The position numbers were made by a program, and so were the translations under genes. This document shows, in pieces, positions 1-8,468 of a stretch of DNA of 64,000 nucleotides. Source of the stretch: an uncultured Methanoregulaceae archaeon (GTDB taxonomy: Archaea > Halobacteriota > Methanomicrobia > Methanomicrobiales > Methanospirillaceae); NCBI GenBank assembly GCA_963841015.1, contig CAWJAX010000005.1, positions 384,001 through 448,000 on the forward strand, in the 5' to 3' direction. Each line of letters starts with the position of its first letter. The first letter of the stretch is position 1. The notes under the pieces were generated by a model, which was given only the letters and a program-made list of their open reading frames with translations, was not told the DNA's origin and made no database searches.

Positions 1-140
1 TTTTTTTTTCTTATCGAAAAGTTCCAATCTGTAATCCAGGGCAATAGTTTTGCCACCCCCTCATTTCCAATGTTGGAACGTTAAGGCTGATTGTTTGTTA
101 TGCAACAGGTTAATGAACCCGGACATATCCAGTATTTCCC

Positions 141-503
141 ATGAGTGACCGGTTCATTTTTACAAAATTCATGACGGATTGCTACCACTGTAAGCAGGTG
201 GCAGACCAGATCATAAAAGCAGTACCTTACCAGGCGCAGGTAGCATGTGATAACTGCGGTGCGACCCGTATCTTTATCCCCCGCATTGAAGATGTTACTC
301 AGCCCGGAACATTTACCAAGATCGGGTGTTATGATGTCTGGAATCTTCGTGAAACCGCGGAATGCAGAAACTGTCACGTGACGGGTTCCCATGATATTAC
401 GATAGGTTGCCGTCACTTTACGGTCCGTTGCCAGAACTGCGGGTTCACCCATTTCTATAAATTCGATCTCGAATACTTGGCAAAGGATGAACTCAAAGTG
501 TAG
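141..503 (+). CDS. Hypothetical tandem zinc-ribbon protein
   Basis: 120-aa ORF with four CxxC pairs (CYHC, CDNC, CRNC, CQNC) arranged as two similar modules. Confidence 0.75.
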   Translation: MSDRFIFTKFMTDCYHCKQVADQIIKAVPYQAQVACDNCGATRIFIPRIEDVTQPGTFTKIGCYDVWNLRETAECRNCHVTGSHDITIGCRHFTVRCQNCGFTHFYKFDLEYLAKDELKV

Positions 504-579
504 CAAAGAGACCCCTTATTTTTCATGATACTGCGGTAATTTCGGTTTTGGAAAAAAGCTATGAAATATGTGGGGCATC

Positions 580-1311
580 TTAGCCGGTTATGGTAAGGGT
601 ACGACGCTTTTTGGGATCTTTCATCGAATTATGGATCCGTTTCTGGTAGTTTTTTAAGATCTCCCTGAGCTCTGACCGGAGTTCAGGATTTTTTGTCAAA
701 AAAATAAACATGACGGTGGTGTCTGCAATGATGAGCGGGGATACGCCGATCAATTGGGTCACATCTGCTGCTTTCGAATCGGGATCACTACGCCCAAAAA
801 CGCGGTTTCGCTGAAAATGCTGGTAGATCATCAGAATGGATTCGTTATCCAGCTGATCCCAGAATCCTTTAAGCTCGGCAAATGAGAGATGTTTTTCAGT
901 GTAATTGTTCTCTTTTATCCCGATATCCGGGTCGATGAAGAGGAGACAGGCTTGGGGGAAGTGTTCAAGAATACCGGAAAAATAGGTTGATCGTGTCGCT
1001 TGTGAAAAAGTCTCCTCCTTCTCGATCCGAACCCGCACTTTTTTTGTTCCGATGCTCTCCTTGAGTTCTTTGAAATACTCCTTAAGGGTCGCGTAATAAT
1101 TGTCCACATCTTCTTTTGTACGAAAACGCCGGAAACATTCGATCAGGTTTTTATTCCTGCATCCCGGATTCCCCCGGAACCGGGGATAATAGGCTGTCAG
1201 CATGGGGATGATGACCAGCCGGTCGATTTTTCCATGAAAATTTTTGAGGATATCGGTTATGAGATCGTATTTAAACAGGTCTTTTGTGTCCCCGAAAAAT
1301 TTTACATTCAT
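580..1311 (-). CDS. Conserved hypothetical protein, possibly methyltransferase-like fold
   Basis: 243-aa ORF with N-terminal FFGDxxDLFKY, internal LLFIDPDIG and MIYQH motifs; GAGGG upstream of the ATG. Confidence 0.65.
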   Translation of the reverse strand: MNVKFFGDTKDLFKYDLITDILKNFHGKIDRLVIIPMLTAYYPRFRGNPGCRNKNLIECFRRFRTKEDVDNYYATLKEYFKELKESIGTKKVRVRIEKEETFSQATRSTYFSGILEHFPQACLLFIDPDIGIKENNYTEKHLSFAELKGFWDQLDNESILMIYQHFQRNRVFGRSDPDSKAADVTQLIGVSPLIIADTTVMFIFLTKNPELRSELREILKNYQKRIHNSMKDPKKRRTLTITG

Positions 1312-1376
1312 CTGTATGCCCTCATACGAGGATATTTAGAGGGTGGATAAAAAAAGGTTGTGGATAAAGAAACTGT

Positions 1377-1631
1377 CTATTTTTCTTCCCGTATCATAGC
1401 AATCGCTTTTTTCGGGCATTCATTCGCGCAGATACCACACCCCTTGCAGAACATCAGGTCAACATTGAGATCTGCATCGATCGCACAGTCCGGGCAATAC
1501 ATCTCACAGAGACCGCACTGGTTGCACTTGTCTTTATCCACAACAGGTTTAAAGACACGCCACGTTCCGGTCTTTCCTGCCGCTCCCAGTATAGGTTTAC
1601 TCATTGCGAGACGCTGTCGATTCTGGCTCAT
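1377..1631 (-). CDS. porD: 2-oxoacid (pyruvate):ferredoxin oxidoreductase delta subunit
   Basis: KTGTWRVFKP plus two CxxCxxCxxxCP motifs; ATGA overlap with the gamma subunit gene. Confidence 0.9.
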   Translation of the reverse strand: MSQNRQRLAMSKPILGAAGKTGTWRVFKPVVDKDKCNQCGLCEMYCPDCAIDADLNVDLMFCKGCGICANECPKKAIAMIREEK

Positions 1632-2155
1632 TCGCTCATCTCCATGAATGCCGCTTCAGCTGCCTTGACATTGCGCTCATCCGTAAACATTTCCCGGATT
1701 GACTTTTTTGCTGAATCAACCGAAATGATACTCATCTTTGCAAGTGCCCCCAGCACCGGTGTGTTCAGGATAGGGCTTCCGGCAACGACGAGATTCTCCC
1801 TGAGTGCAATACCGGTCAGGTCCACATGACTTGTCTTAAAGCCGGGAAACTCCTTTTTGTGAGCACTGTTAACCAGGACTTTTCCGCCGCTTTTTAATCC
1901 CTGAAATACATCGACAACATCCATTACGCTCGAGTCGAGCACCACGACCATGTCAGGTTTTTTTATCTGACTGTAGATCCTGATTGGTGTATCATTTATC
2001 CGGACGAAGGATACGATTGGTGCACCCCTGCGCTCGGCACCGTAGAACGGGCATGCGGTTGCGTACTTCCCATCATGGATTGCTGAAAGAGCCAGGAGCC
2101 GTGCGGCAGTGACCCCTCCCTGTCCGCCCCTGGAATGGATGCGGATCTCATACAT
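1628..2155 (-). CDS. porG: 2-oxoacid:ferredoxin oxidoreductase gamma subunit
   Basis: EIRIHSRGGQG and YGAERRGAP motifs; ATG at 2155 follows GGGGTGAG. Confidence 0.9.
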   Translation of the reverse strand: MYEIRIHSRGGQGGVTAARLLALSAIHDGKYATACPFYGAERRGAPIVSFVRINDTPIRIYSQIKKPDMVVVLDSSVMDVVDVFQGLKSGGKVLVNSAHKKEFPGFKTSHVDLTGIALRENLVVAGSPILNTPVLGALAKMSIISVDSAKKSIREMFTDERNVKAAEAAFMEMSE

Positions 2156-3260
2156 GGTCACTCACCCCGAACCAGAACTCTTCGCCGACATGACGCTTCA
2201 GGATGAAATCCGCAATATCTTCATAGGTGACTTCCTGGCCACCAAGACCGGCAATCACGCTGAACACATCGGTCTTCTGCTGAGCCTGGATGGATTTTGC
2301 GAGTATTCCCCCGAATCCAAACGAATAGTCGCGGTCGATAACGACGATTTCCTTTCCTTTGAGATCGAGGTCAGGGAACGGGCGCAGCCAGCGCAGGCGC
2401 ATTGAACCTGCCCTGATACCATCCTTGCGGAGCATATCGATCGCAACTTCGGCCTCCTTGCCGAGAGTGCCCATGGAAACAACGACCACATCGGCGTCTT
2501 CACATCGGTAGTCTTCGGTGAATCCGTACTTCCTGCCAAAACGCTTCGCGAACTCCTTCTCGGTTGCCCCGATTATTTTAACTGCATCACGCATCGAGCG
2601 TTCGATATCCCAGCGGAATTTAAAATGCTGGTCAGGGCCGGTAAGCCCGCCATATCCCGCAGGATTCTTCGGATCAATAGCATGGGGGAGGCGCATCGGG
2701 GGTATAAAATCCCCGATTTCGACCGTATCAAGCGGCTGCATGATATGACTCAGGGTGAAACCGTCAAGATTCACCATCACCGGCAACAGCACATCCTTAT
2801 GTTCGGCAATCCGGAATGCCATCAGCGTTGCATCGTATGCTTCCTGCACGGTGCTCACGTACACCTGGAGCCAGCCCGTGTCGCGTTCCTGCATTGCATC
2901 AGTATGCTCCGCCCAGATATTCCACCCGGGACCAATGGATCGGTTTACGTTTGCCATGACAACAGGCAGACGTGCGCCCGCTGCCCAGTTTGTCATTTCA
3001 TGCATATACAAAAGACCATGGGAGCTTGTTGCGGTAAATGTCCGTACTCCGGTGATACTCGCACCGATGCATGCGGCCATCGCGGAGTGTTCACTTTCAA
3101 CCGGAATATAACGACTTTTCAGTTCCCCTGTGGACACAAACTCTGCGATTTGTTCGACGATTTCTGTCTGGGGTGTAATCGGGTACGCGGCGATTACTGC
3201 CGGCTGAACCTGTTTTACTGCTTCAGCGACTGCCTTATTACCGGTTGCGATCTTTTTCAT
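2148..3260 (-). CDS. porA: 2-oxoacid:ferredoxin oxidoreductase alpha subunit
   Basis: AAYPITPQT, VESEHSA, TATSSHGL and GLGG motifs. Confidence 0.92.
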   Translation of the reverse strand: MKKIATGNKAVAEAVKQVQPAVIAAYPITPQTEIVEQIAEFVSTGELKSRYIPVESEHSAMAACIGASITGVRTFTATSSHGLLYMHEMTNWAAGARLPVVMANVNRSIGPGWNIWAEHTDAMQERDTGWLQVYVSTVQEAYDATLMAFRIAEHKDVLLPVMVNLDGFTLSHIMQPLDTVEIGDFIPPMRLPHAIDPKNPAGYGGLTGPDQHFKFRWDIERSMRDAVKIIGATEKEFAKRFGRKYGFTEDYRCEDADVVVVSMGTLGKEAEVAIDMLRKDGIRAGSMRLRWLRPFPDLDLKGKEIVVIDRDYSFGFGGILAKSIQAQQKTDVFSVIAGLGGQEVTYEDIADFILKRHVGEEFWFGVSDHV

Positions 3261-4135
3261 TCCTCAGCCTCCTCAGCAGCCAGTTTCTTGACATTTTTTG
3301 CGATATTCTGCCGGAGCAGTTCAAGCGTTTTTGCATCGATACCCTTAAACCGTCCTTGGGGGGCAAGATACTCTTCGAGAGGAACAGGTTTTTTCATTGC
3401 AGCTTTTGACTGGGGGTTGATGGAGAGCTTTCCGTACTCGCGTTCGTAGAGTATCCACATTCCGGATTTTACGGCAAGCTTTCCCATTTCGACGGATTTT
3501 TCCGTGGAATAACGCCACCCGGGAGGACAGGGTGCAAGGATGTGGATGAATGAAGGCCCCCGGAAGGTGAGCGCTTTCTGCACTTTCTTGAACAGATCCT
3601 GAGGGTAAGCAGCACAGGCAGTCGCCATGTAGGGCGGGTTGTGTGCGGCGATGATCGCATCGATGTCCTTTTTCGCATCTGTCTTACCGGTTGGCGTGGT
3701 GGTCGTGCGGGCGCCTATCGGTGTCCCCCCCGACCGTTGCATTCCGGTATTGCCATATGCCTCATTGTCATAGCAGATGTAGAGAAAATCGGTGCCCCGC
3801 TCAAAAGCACCGGACATCGCCTGGATGCCGATATCAAGGGTTCCTCCATCACCGGCATATACGATCACATTGGTCTTTTTTCCCGAGGCACGGAACGCAT
3901 TTGACATACCCGATGCACATGCAGCAGCAGCACCAAAGGCGATGTTGTAAACGGGTATATTGAAGGCTGTGTTCGGGTAAATGCCCTGTATGACACTTGT
4001 GCAGCAGGCAGGCACGACAAGAACGGTATCAGGTCCTGCCGCCTTGAGCACGTACCTGAGTGCGAGCGAATCGCTGCACCCGGCACACGCGGATGTACAT
4101 TTCAGCACGTATTCTTCTTTAGGAATTTCAGTGAT
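3257..4135 (-). CDS. porB: 2-oxoacid:ferredoxin oxidoreductase beta subunit (TPP-binding); start uncertain, ATC at 4135 or GTG at 4108
   Basis: ACAGC, GDGGTLDIG, YDNEAYGNTGMQ and PCPPGW motifs; frame stays open upstream of the GTG to ITEIPKEEY, with AGGAG 9 nt before the ATC. Confidence 0.9.
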   Translation of the reverse strand: MTEIPKEEYVLKCTSACAGCSDSLALRYVLKAAGPDTVLVVPACCTSVIQGIYPNTAFNIPVYNIAFGAAAACASGMSNAFRASGKKTNVIVYAGDGGTLDIGIQAMSGAFERGTDFLYICYDNEAYGNTGMQRSGGTPIGARTTTTPTGKTDAKKDIDAIIAAHNPPYMATACAAYPQDLFKKVQKALTFRGPSFIHILAPCPPGWRYSTEKSVEMGKLAVKSGMWILYEREYGKLSINPQSKAAMKKPVPLEEYLAPQGRFKGIDAKTLELLRQNIAKNVKKLAAEEAEE

Positions 4136-4517
4136 GGTATCCAGCTCCTGCGGTGATACATAATATGTTAGTAAGCGCGAAAAGAGATCGCGAAACTATC
4201 TTAATACATCAACATGGGTCAAGAAAAAAGTATCATATCGTGCATGACTCCGGTGCTCAAGCAGCATATCTGAATCACTTTCACCCTGCCCGGTGAGGTG
4301 TTTAAAGATATGATATTTCAACAAGGTATGTGGGGAGGAAAAACCCCTCAGTGTCAGGTGCAGGATCATTGCACTTTACCCCTCCCGGCCTCTCATAAAC
4401 CTTACAGAAACCTAAAAAACCAAAAAAAACCACTTTTCTTTTTGTTTTTTTCTGGATGAGCTGATACGTCGGTGTATCCTGTCACATATCATAATATATT
4501 TTAGGATCATTTCTCTA

Positions 4518-5012
4518 ATGTCTTCTATGTCTCTTCGCTCGCTCAATCTCCCCGGTGTCGGAACAAAATATGAATTCGAGACCGATAAAGGTGATACGGT
4601 TGCAATTTTTTTCACAAAAACCGGAACTATCCAGATGTATACCCTCCAGAAAGGCTGCAAAACACCCAGCGCAGCGGAGATGACCCTTGTTGAGGCGCGA
4701 AGACTGGGGAACATCCTCACCGGTGCGATCATGGAAGCGGACCAGGAAAGTGTCGAGATCGCATTCTCGGCGCTTGCCGATCTCCGGGTTACTATCCATT
4801 CGTTCATCATCCCAAAAGCCATTTCCGGAAAAACAATTGAAGATCTCCAGATACGGGCAAAGACCGGGGCGACGGTAATCGCGGTCTGCCGGCATGACAA
4901 GAATATTATCAACCCCCCTCCCGCATTTGTCTTTGAGACCGGTGATGCGGCACTGGTTATTGGAGAAAGTGACCAGATCAGAATGTTTGAGCGCGAAATT
5001 ATGGTGGATTAA
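4518..5012 (+). CDS. Cation:proton antiporter regulatory subunit (KhtT-like, TrkA-C domain)
   Basis: LPGVGTKY N-terminus; GKTIEDLQIRAKTGATVIAV and NPPP TrkA-C motifs. Confidence 0.85.
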   Translation: MSSMSLRSLNLPGVGTKYEFETDKGDTVAIFFTKTGTIQMYTLQKGCKTPSAAEMTLVEARRLGNILTGAIMEADQESVEIAFSALADLRVTIHSFIIPKAISGKTIEDLQIRAKTGATVIAVCRHDKNIINPPPAFVFETGDAALVIGESDQIRMFEREIMVD

Positions 5013-6154
5013 TGGAAGGGATCGTCCTTGCGCTATTCGTCTGCCTTCTCCTGGTGCTCATCACCAAGTACCTGTCGGTTCCTGCAATACCCTTCTATAT
5101 TCTTGCCGGGGTATTACTGGGAAGTGCGGGGCTCGGGCTGGTCACTTCAGATGAGATCAGCCGTTTCCTGTCCGGAATGGGGCTGATATTTTTACTGTTC
5201 TTCATGGGTCTCGGGTTGAAACCCGAGCGTATTGCAGCAAACCGTTCTTCCGTCCTCACCAGTGGGTTCATCGATCTTAATGTCAACATGATTATCGGTT
5301 TTGCTGGGGCATACCTTCTGGGATTTTCGGTTACCGAGTCGCTTATTGTTGCTGCAGCGTTCTATATTTCGAGTACAGCGATGGCAATCACCTCGCTCAT
5401 CGAAAACCGGAAGCTGATGCTCCGAGAAGCCGAAACGGTCATCTGGCTGATGGTCTTTGAAGATCTTATTCTTATCATCTTTCTTGCCCTTATTTCAGCC
5501 GGTAACCAGAACCTGATCGTTTTCCTTGTGAAAATTCTCGGTGTTCTGGGGGTGCTTTATGCATTGGCCCATTATGGTAAAGAATTTCTTATCTCGATTC
5601 TTGACCGTGATGATGAGCTTCCGATCATCTTCACATTTGTTGCCGTGCTCACTACCGCCTCAGTCTCTATGTACCTGGGAATTCCCGAATCAATGATGGT
5701 GATCGCTCTTGGTGTTGCATTTGCAACAACGGATCCAGATGCTTTTGAGCAGCATGCTCGTCCCTTTAAGGATGTTTTTTTGGTCGTTTTCTTTGTTTTC
5801 TTCGGTGTCACTATTGACTTTTCCGGAGGGGTAAACTGGTTTACGATCACTATCATCTGCCTCCTCGCTATCGTGAGTAAGCTCATATCCGGTGTGCTAA
5901 CCGGAATATTCATTCATGGTTCGGCGCTTTCAGGCCTTGAAATCTGGGGAAATACGATTGGCAGGGGGGAATTCTCCATTGCTATTGCTGTTCTCTATGG
6001 CTCTCCGCTTATCGGGACCACGATTGCAGCGATGGTTATCGTAACATCGATCGTTGGATCGTTTGCGGCAAAATACAGTTCATCGTTACGGAGTGGGATT
6101 CTGCACCTGGGACGGAAAAAATCCTCCCCGCGCCGGGTGCATCCGGGACGCTGA
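5012..6154 (+). CDS. CPA2-family cation:proton antiporter (KhtU-like)
   Basis: Multi-pass membrane protein with GLIFLLFFMGL, SSTA, VFEDL and RGEFS motifs; TAATG overlap with the khtT-like gene. Confidence 0.88.
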   Translation: MEGIVLALFVCLLLVLITKYLSVPAIPFYILAGVLLGSAGLGLVTSDEISRFLSGMGLIFLLFFMGLGLKPERIAANRSSVLTSGFIDLNVNMIIGFAGAYLLGFSVTESLIVAAAFYISSTAMAITSLIENRKLMLREAETVIWLMVFEDLILIIFLALISAGNQNLIVFLVKILGVLGVLYALAHYGKEFLISILDRDDELPIIFTFVAVLTTASVSMYLGIPESMMVIALGVAFATTDPDAFEQHARPFKDVFLVVFFVFFGVTIDFSGGVNWFTITIICLLAIVSKLISGVLTGIFIHGSALSGLEIWGNTIGRGEFSIAIAVLYGSPLIGTTIAAMVIVTSIVGSFAAKYSSSLRSGILHLGRKKSSPRRVHPGR

Positions 6155-6157
6155 GTA

Positions 6158-6805
6158 TTATTCGATCAGCACAAGCCCGATCGAGTGGATATCGGAATGC
6201 ATGATCTTCCCATATTCATTATTTTTGCATGGGACCGTTTCAAGTTCCCAGCCAACATTTCTGGCAGTTGCGAACACGTCCATGCCTGCAGCCTCCATGC
6301 TCGGCCGTACCTTATCCATATGCCGGCACTTCCGGCGCATGCTTTCGTCCACTACTCCAGGCGCCTCCTCAGCAACACAGTGCTGGTGCTCGCAGTATAT
6401 GCAGGGATAACCGCCAAACCCGAATGCCTTGTAAAAGCCATCATAGAAAGCAGTCTTTTCAAGCAGGTGCATTGTTCCATTCACCCAGATGATCAGGTCC
6501 CTGAACCAGTCATGAAAGTCATCCGGTATATCCTCTGGCCCAAACGACCCCCGACCAGGTACCCCGTCAAACCGGAGCAGCAATCCGGTGGAGTACTCGT
6601 CTATCATGTGGCGGGTTTCATCGGGGGACGGGGCGTAGGGTGGACAGCCGAAATGCTTGCCATACCCTTTGCAGCCATACCGGCACTTGAACCGAACCCA
6701 TTGGGATACAACAATTTTTTCCGGTGTAATTATCTTGACTATAACACCCTTTCCGCTCGCAATTTTCGTGAGTTTTTCAATTTCATCCGAAATATCCGTA
6801 AACAC
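6158..6805 (-). CDS. DUF2284-like predicted metal-binding protein
   Basis: KCRYGC-YG-CPP, GPCxxC-like and RPSMEAAGMDV motifs; GTG start at 6805 chosen because GGGAG precedes it. Confidence 0.8.
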   Translation of the reverse strand: MFTDISDEIEKLTKIASGKGVIVKIITPEKIVVSQWVRFKCRYGCKGYGKHFGCPPYAPSPDETRHMIDEYSTGLLLRFDGVPGRGSFGPEDIPDDFHDWFRDLIIWVNGTMHLLEKTAFYDGFYKAFGFGGYPCIYCEHQHCVAEEAPGVVDESMRRKCRHMDKVRPSMEAAGMDVFATARNVGWELETVPCKNNEYGKIMHSDIHSIGLVLIE

Positions 6806-7075
6806 ACCCAAAGCTCCCAAAAGAGAAGATGAGAACAGGTACCAATAAAAGTTTGTGCCCGGCTCGTTATGCTTATCAGGTATGCCGCTCTGATTATTTG
6901 GTGTCTGACCCAGGAATAAACGGGAGCGGTACATTCAAAACCTACAGGTAACCTTTCTTTGAATGTCGCAGGGTAGGGATATCTCATAAAACCCTGGAGG
7001 ATTTAACGTGCGGATAGTGCACCGATCTGCATATTATCAGCTATGAACGTGAATTCAGGTGAAGGATGTTTGGGT

Positions 7076-7522
7076 CTATTCCCGGTTATCCTCCTTTTTG
7101 CCCCGCACTTCAATGATGCGTTGCACAACGAACCGTGAACTGCAGAGATCCCCGTTTTCGTATTTGCCGATGCGGACAATTTCCGGAGCCAGCCCGCGTT
7201 CAGTGAGCTGCAGATGTAGTGTTCTCTCATCGAAATGCTGGTTGAATCCTATGGTAATTACATCAGGCTGGATCTCTTTGATCGGGAGGAACATATCCGT
7301 TTTATCCCCAAGAATTGCATGATCTACGGGTTTCAGGGCAGCGACCATCTGGAGGCGGTACTCTTCGGGAATGATAGGACTGGGTTTGTGTCTGACGTTT
7401 GCGTCACGGGCAACGATTACCCAGAGCTCGTCACCCATTTTTTTTGATTCCTCAAGATAGTAAAGATGCCCCGGGTGGAGGATATCAAACGTCCCGGTAG
7501 CGACGACCCGGCGAGGAATCAC
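7076..7522 (-). CDS. ribL: Archaeal FAD synthase
   Basis: VVATGTFDILHPGH nucleotidyltransferase motif; C-terminal CSS. Confidence 0.85.
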   Translation of the reverse strand: MIPRRVVATGTFDILHPGHLYYLEESKKMGDELWVIVARDANVRHKPSPIIPEEYRLQMVAALKPVDHAILGDKTDMFLPIKEIQPDVITIGFNQHFDERTLHLQLTERGLAPEIVRIGKYENGDLCSSRFVVQRIIEVRGKKEDNRE

Positions 7523-7890
7523 CCGATCACCTCAATGGTGTGCGGATTGCCATCTGCCGTAAAACACTGCCAGTCAGACTCGTGATACGGGTAACCGATG
7601 ATAAGGTGATACCGGCCTGTCCGCGGAAAAAAATTCACATCTGCCTGCGAAGGGCGAAGTATACCGTTCGGGTGACTGTGGGCGCTCCCGGCAAGATGGG
7701 TATCAAGTGGCATCATATCAAAGAGAAGTGATGCGGAATCCTCTCCGGCTATGGTGCCCGGGAGCATATTCATCTCCTCAATAATGCCGTCCCGTTCGCG
7801 GAGGAGGGCGACGAATTCATTGGGGTGGCTGGTGCGTCCCAACTCAAGGAGAAGTAACAGGAGTTCCTGTCGGATTCCGCGAATATTCAT
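7519..7890 (-). CDS. JAMM/MPN+ (Mov34) metalloprotease
   Basis: HPNE and HSHPxxxxxPSxxD JAMM motif; stop overlaps the ribL start. Confidence 0.85.
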   Translation of the reverse strand: MNIRGIRQELLLLLLELGRTSHPNEFVALLRERDGIIEEMNMLPGTIAGEDSASLLFDMMPLDTHLAGSAHSHPNGILRPSQADVNFFPRTGRYHLIIGYPYHESDWQCFTADGNPHTIEVIG

Positions 7891-8127
7891 GATTCTGGTC
7901 CTCTGTCAGCACATCAGCGCTGTACCGATCTTTTTTGTTGTGTTCCTAAAATAAACTCTCGCAACAAAGAGAAGGAAATCTTTTTCTGGCAGGGAATGGA
8001 CATCATCCCATTTATCAAGAATATCTGATACAGGTTCTGGAGATTTTATGAGGGGATGTAATTGAGTAATTTTGTTACCTCAAAACATGGTTGGGAATCT
8101 TCCTTCAATACCAACGACACTAAAATA

Positions 8128-8409
8128 TTATTTCCGGCCCGTCACCTTGATGACGTGGTAGCCAAACTGGGTCTTTATCGGGCCAACAACTTTTCCGGGA
8201 TCGTTTTCGAATGCAACTTTCTCAAACTCCGGCACCATCTGACCTTTACCAAACCAGCCGAGATCTCCCCCATCCTTCCGGGAGGGGCAGGACGAGAAGC
8301 GTTTTGCAACTGCAGCAAAATCTTCACCATCATTAATTCTTTTCATTATTCTGTTTGCCTCATCCTCAGTTTTTACGAGGATGTGGGATGCACGTGCCTG
8401 TTGTACCAT
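8128..8409 (-). CDS. ppiC: Parvulin-type peptidyl-prolyl isomerase
   Basis: ASHILVK, SSCPS, GGDLGWF, MVPEFE and TQFGYHVIKV motifs. Confidence 0.92.
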   Translation of the reverse strand: MVQQARASHILVKTEDEANRIMKRINDGEDFAAVAKRFSSCPSRKDGGDLGWFGKGQMVPEFEKVAFENDPGKVVGPIKTQFGYHVIKVTGRK

Positions 8410-8468
8410 ACTTAGAATTGGAAGAATTATGGGATAAAAGAATTGATGGCAAGGAGAACAGATCCCTT

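Noticed and set aside
4261-4452. c-di-AMP (ydaO) or fluoride riboswitch upstream of the K+ antiporter
   Set aside because: The conserved consensus blocks of these riboswitches could not be found.
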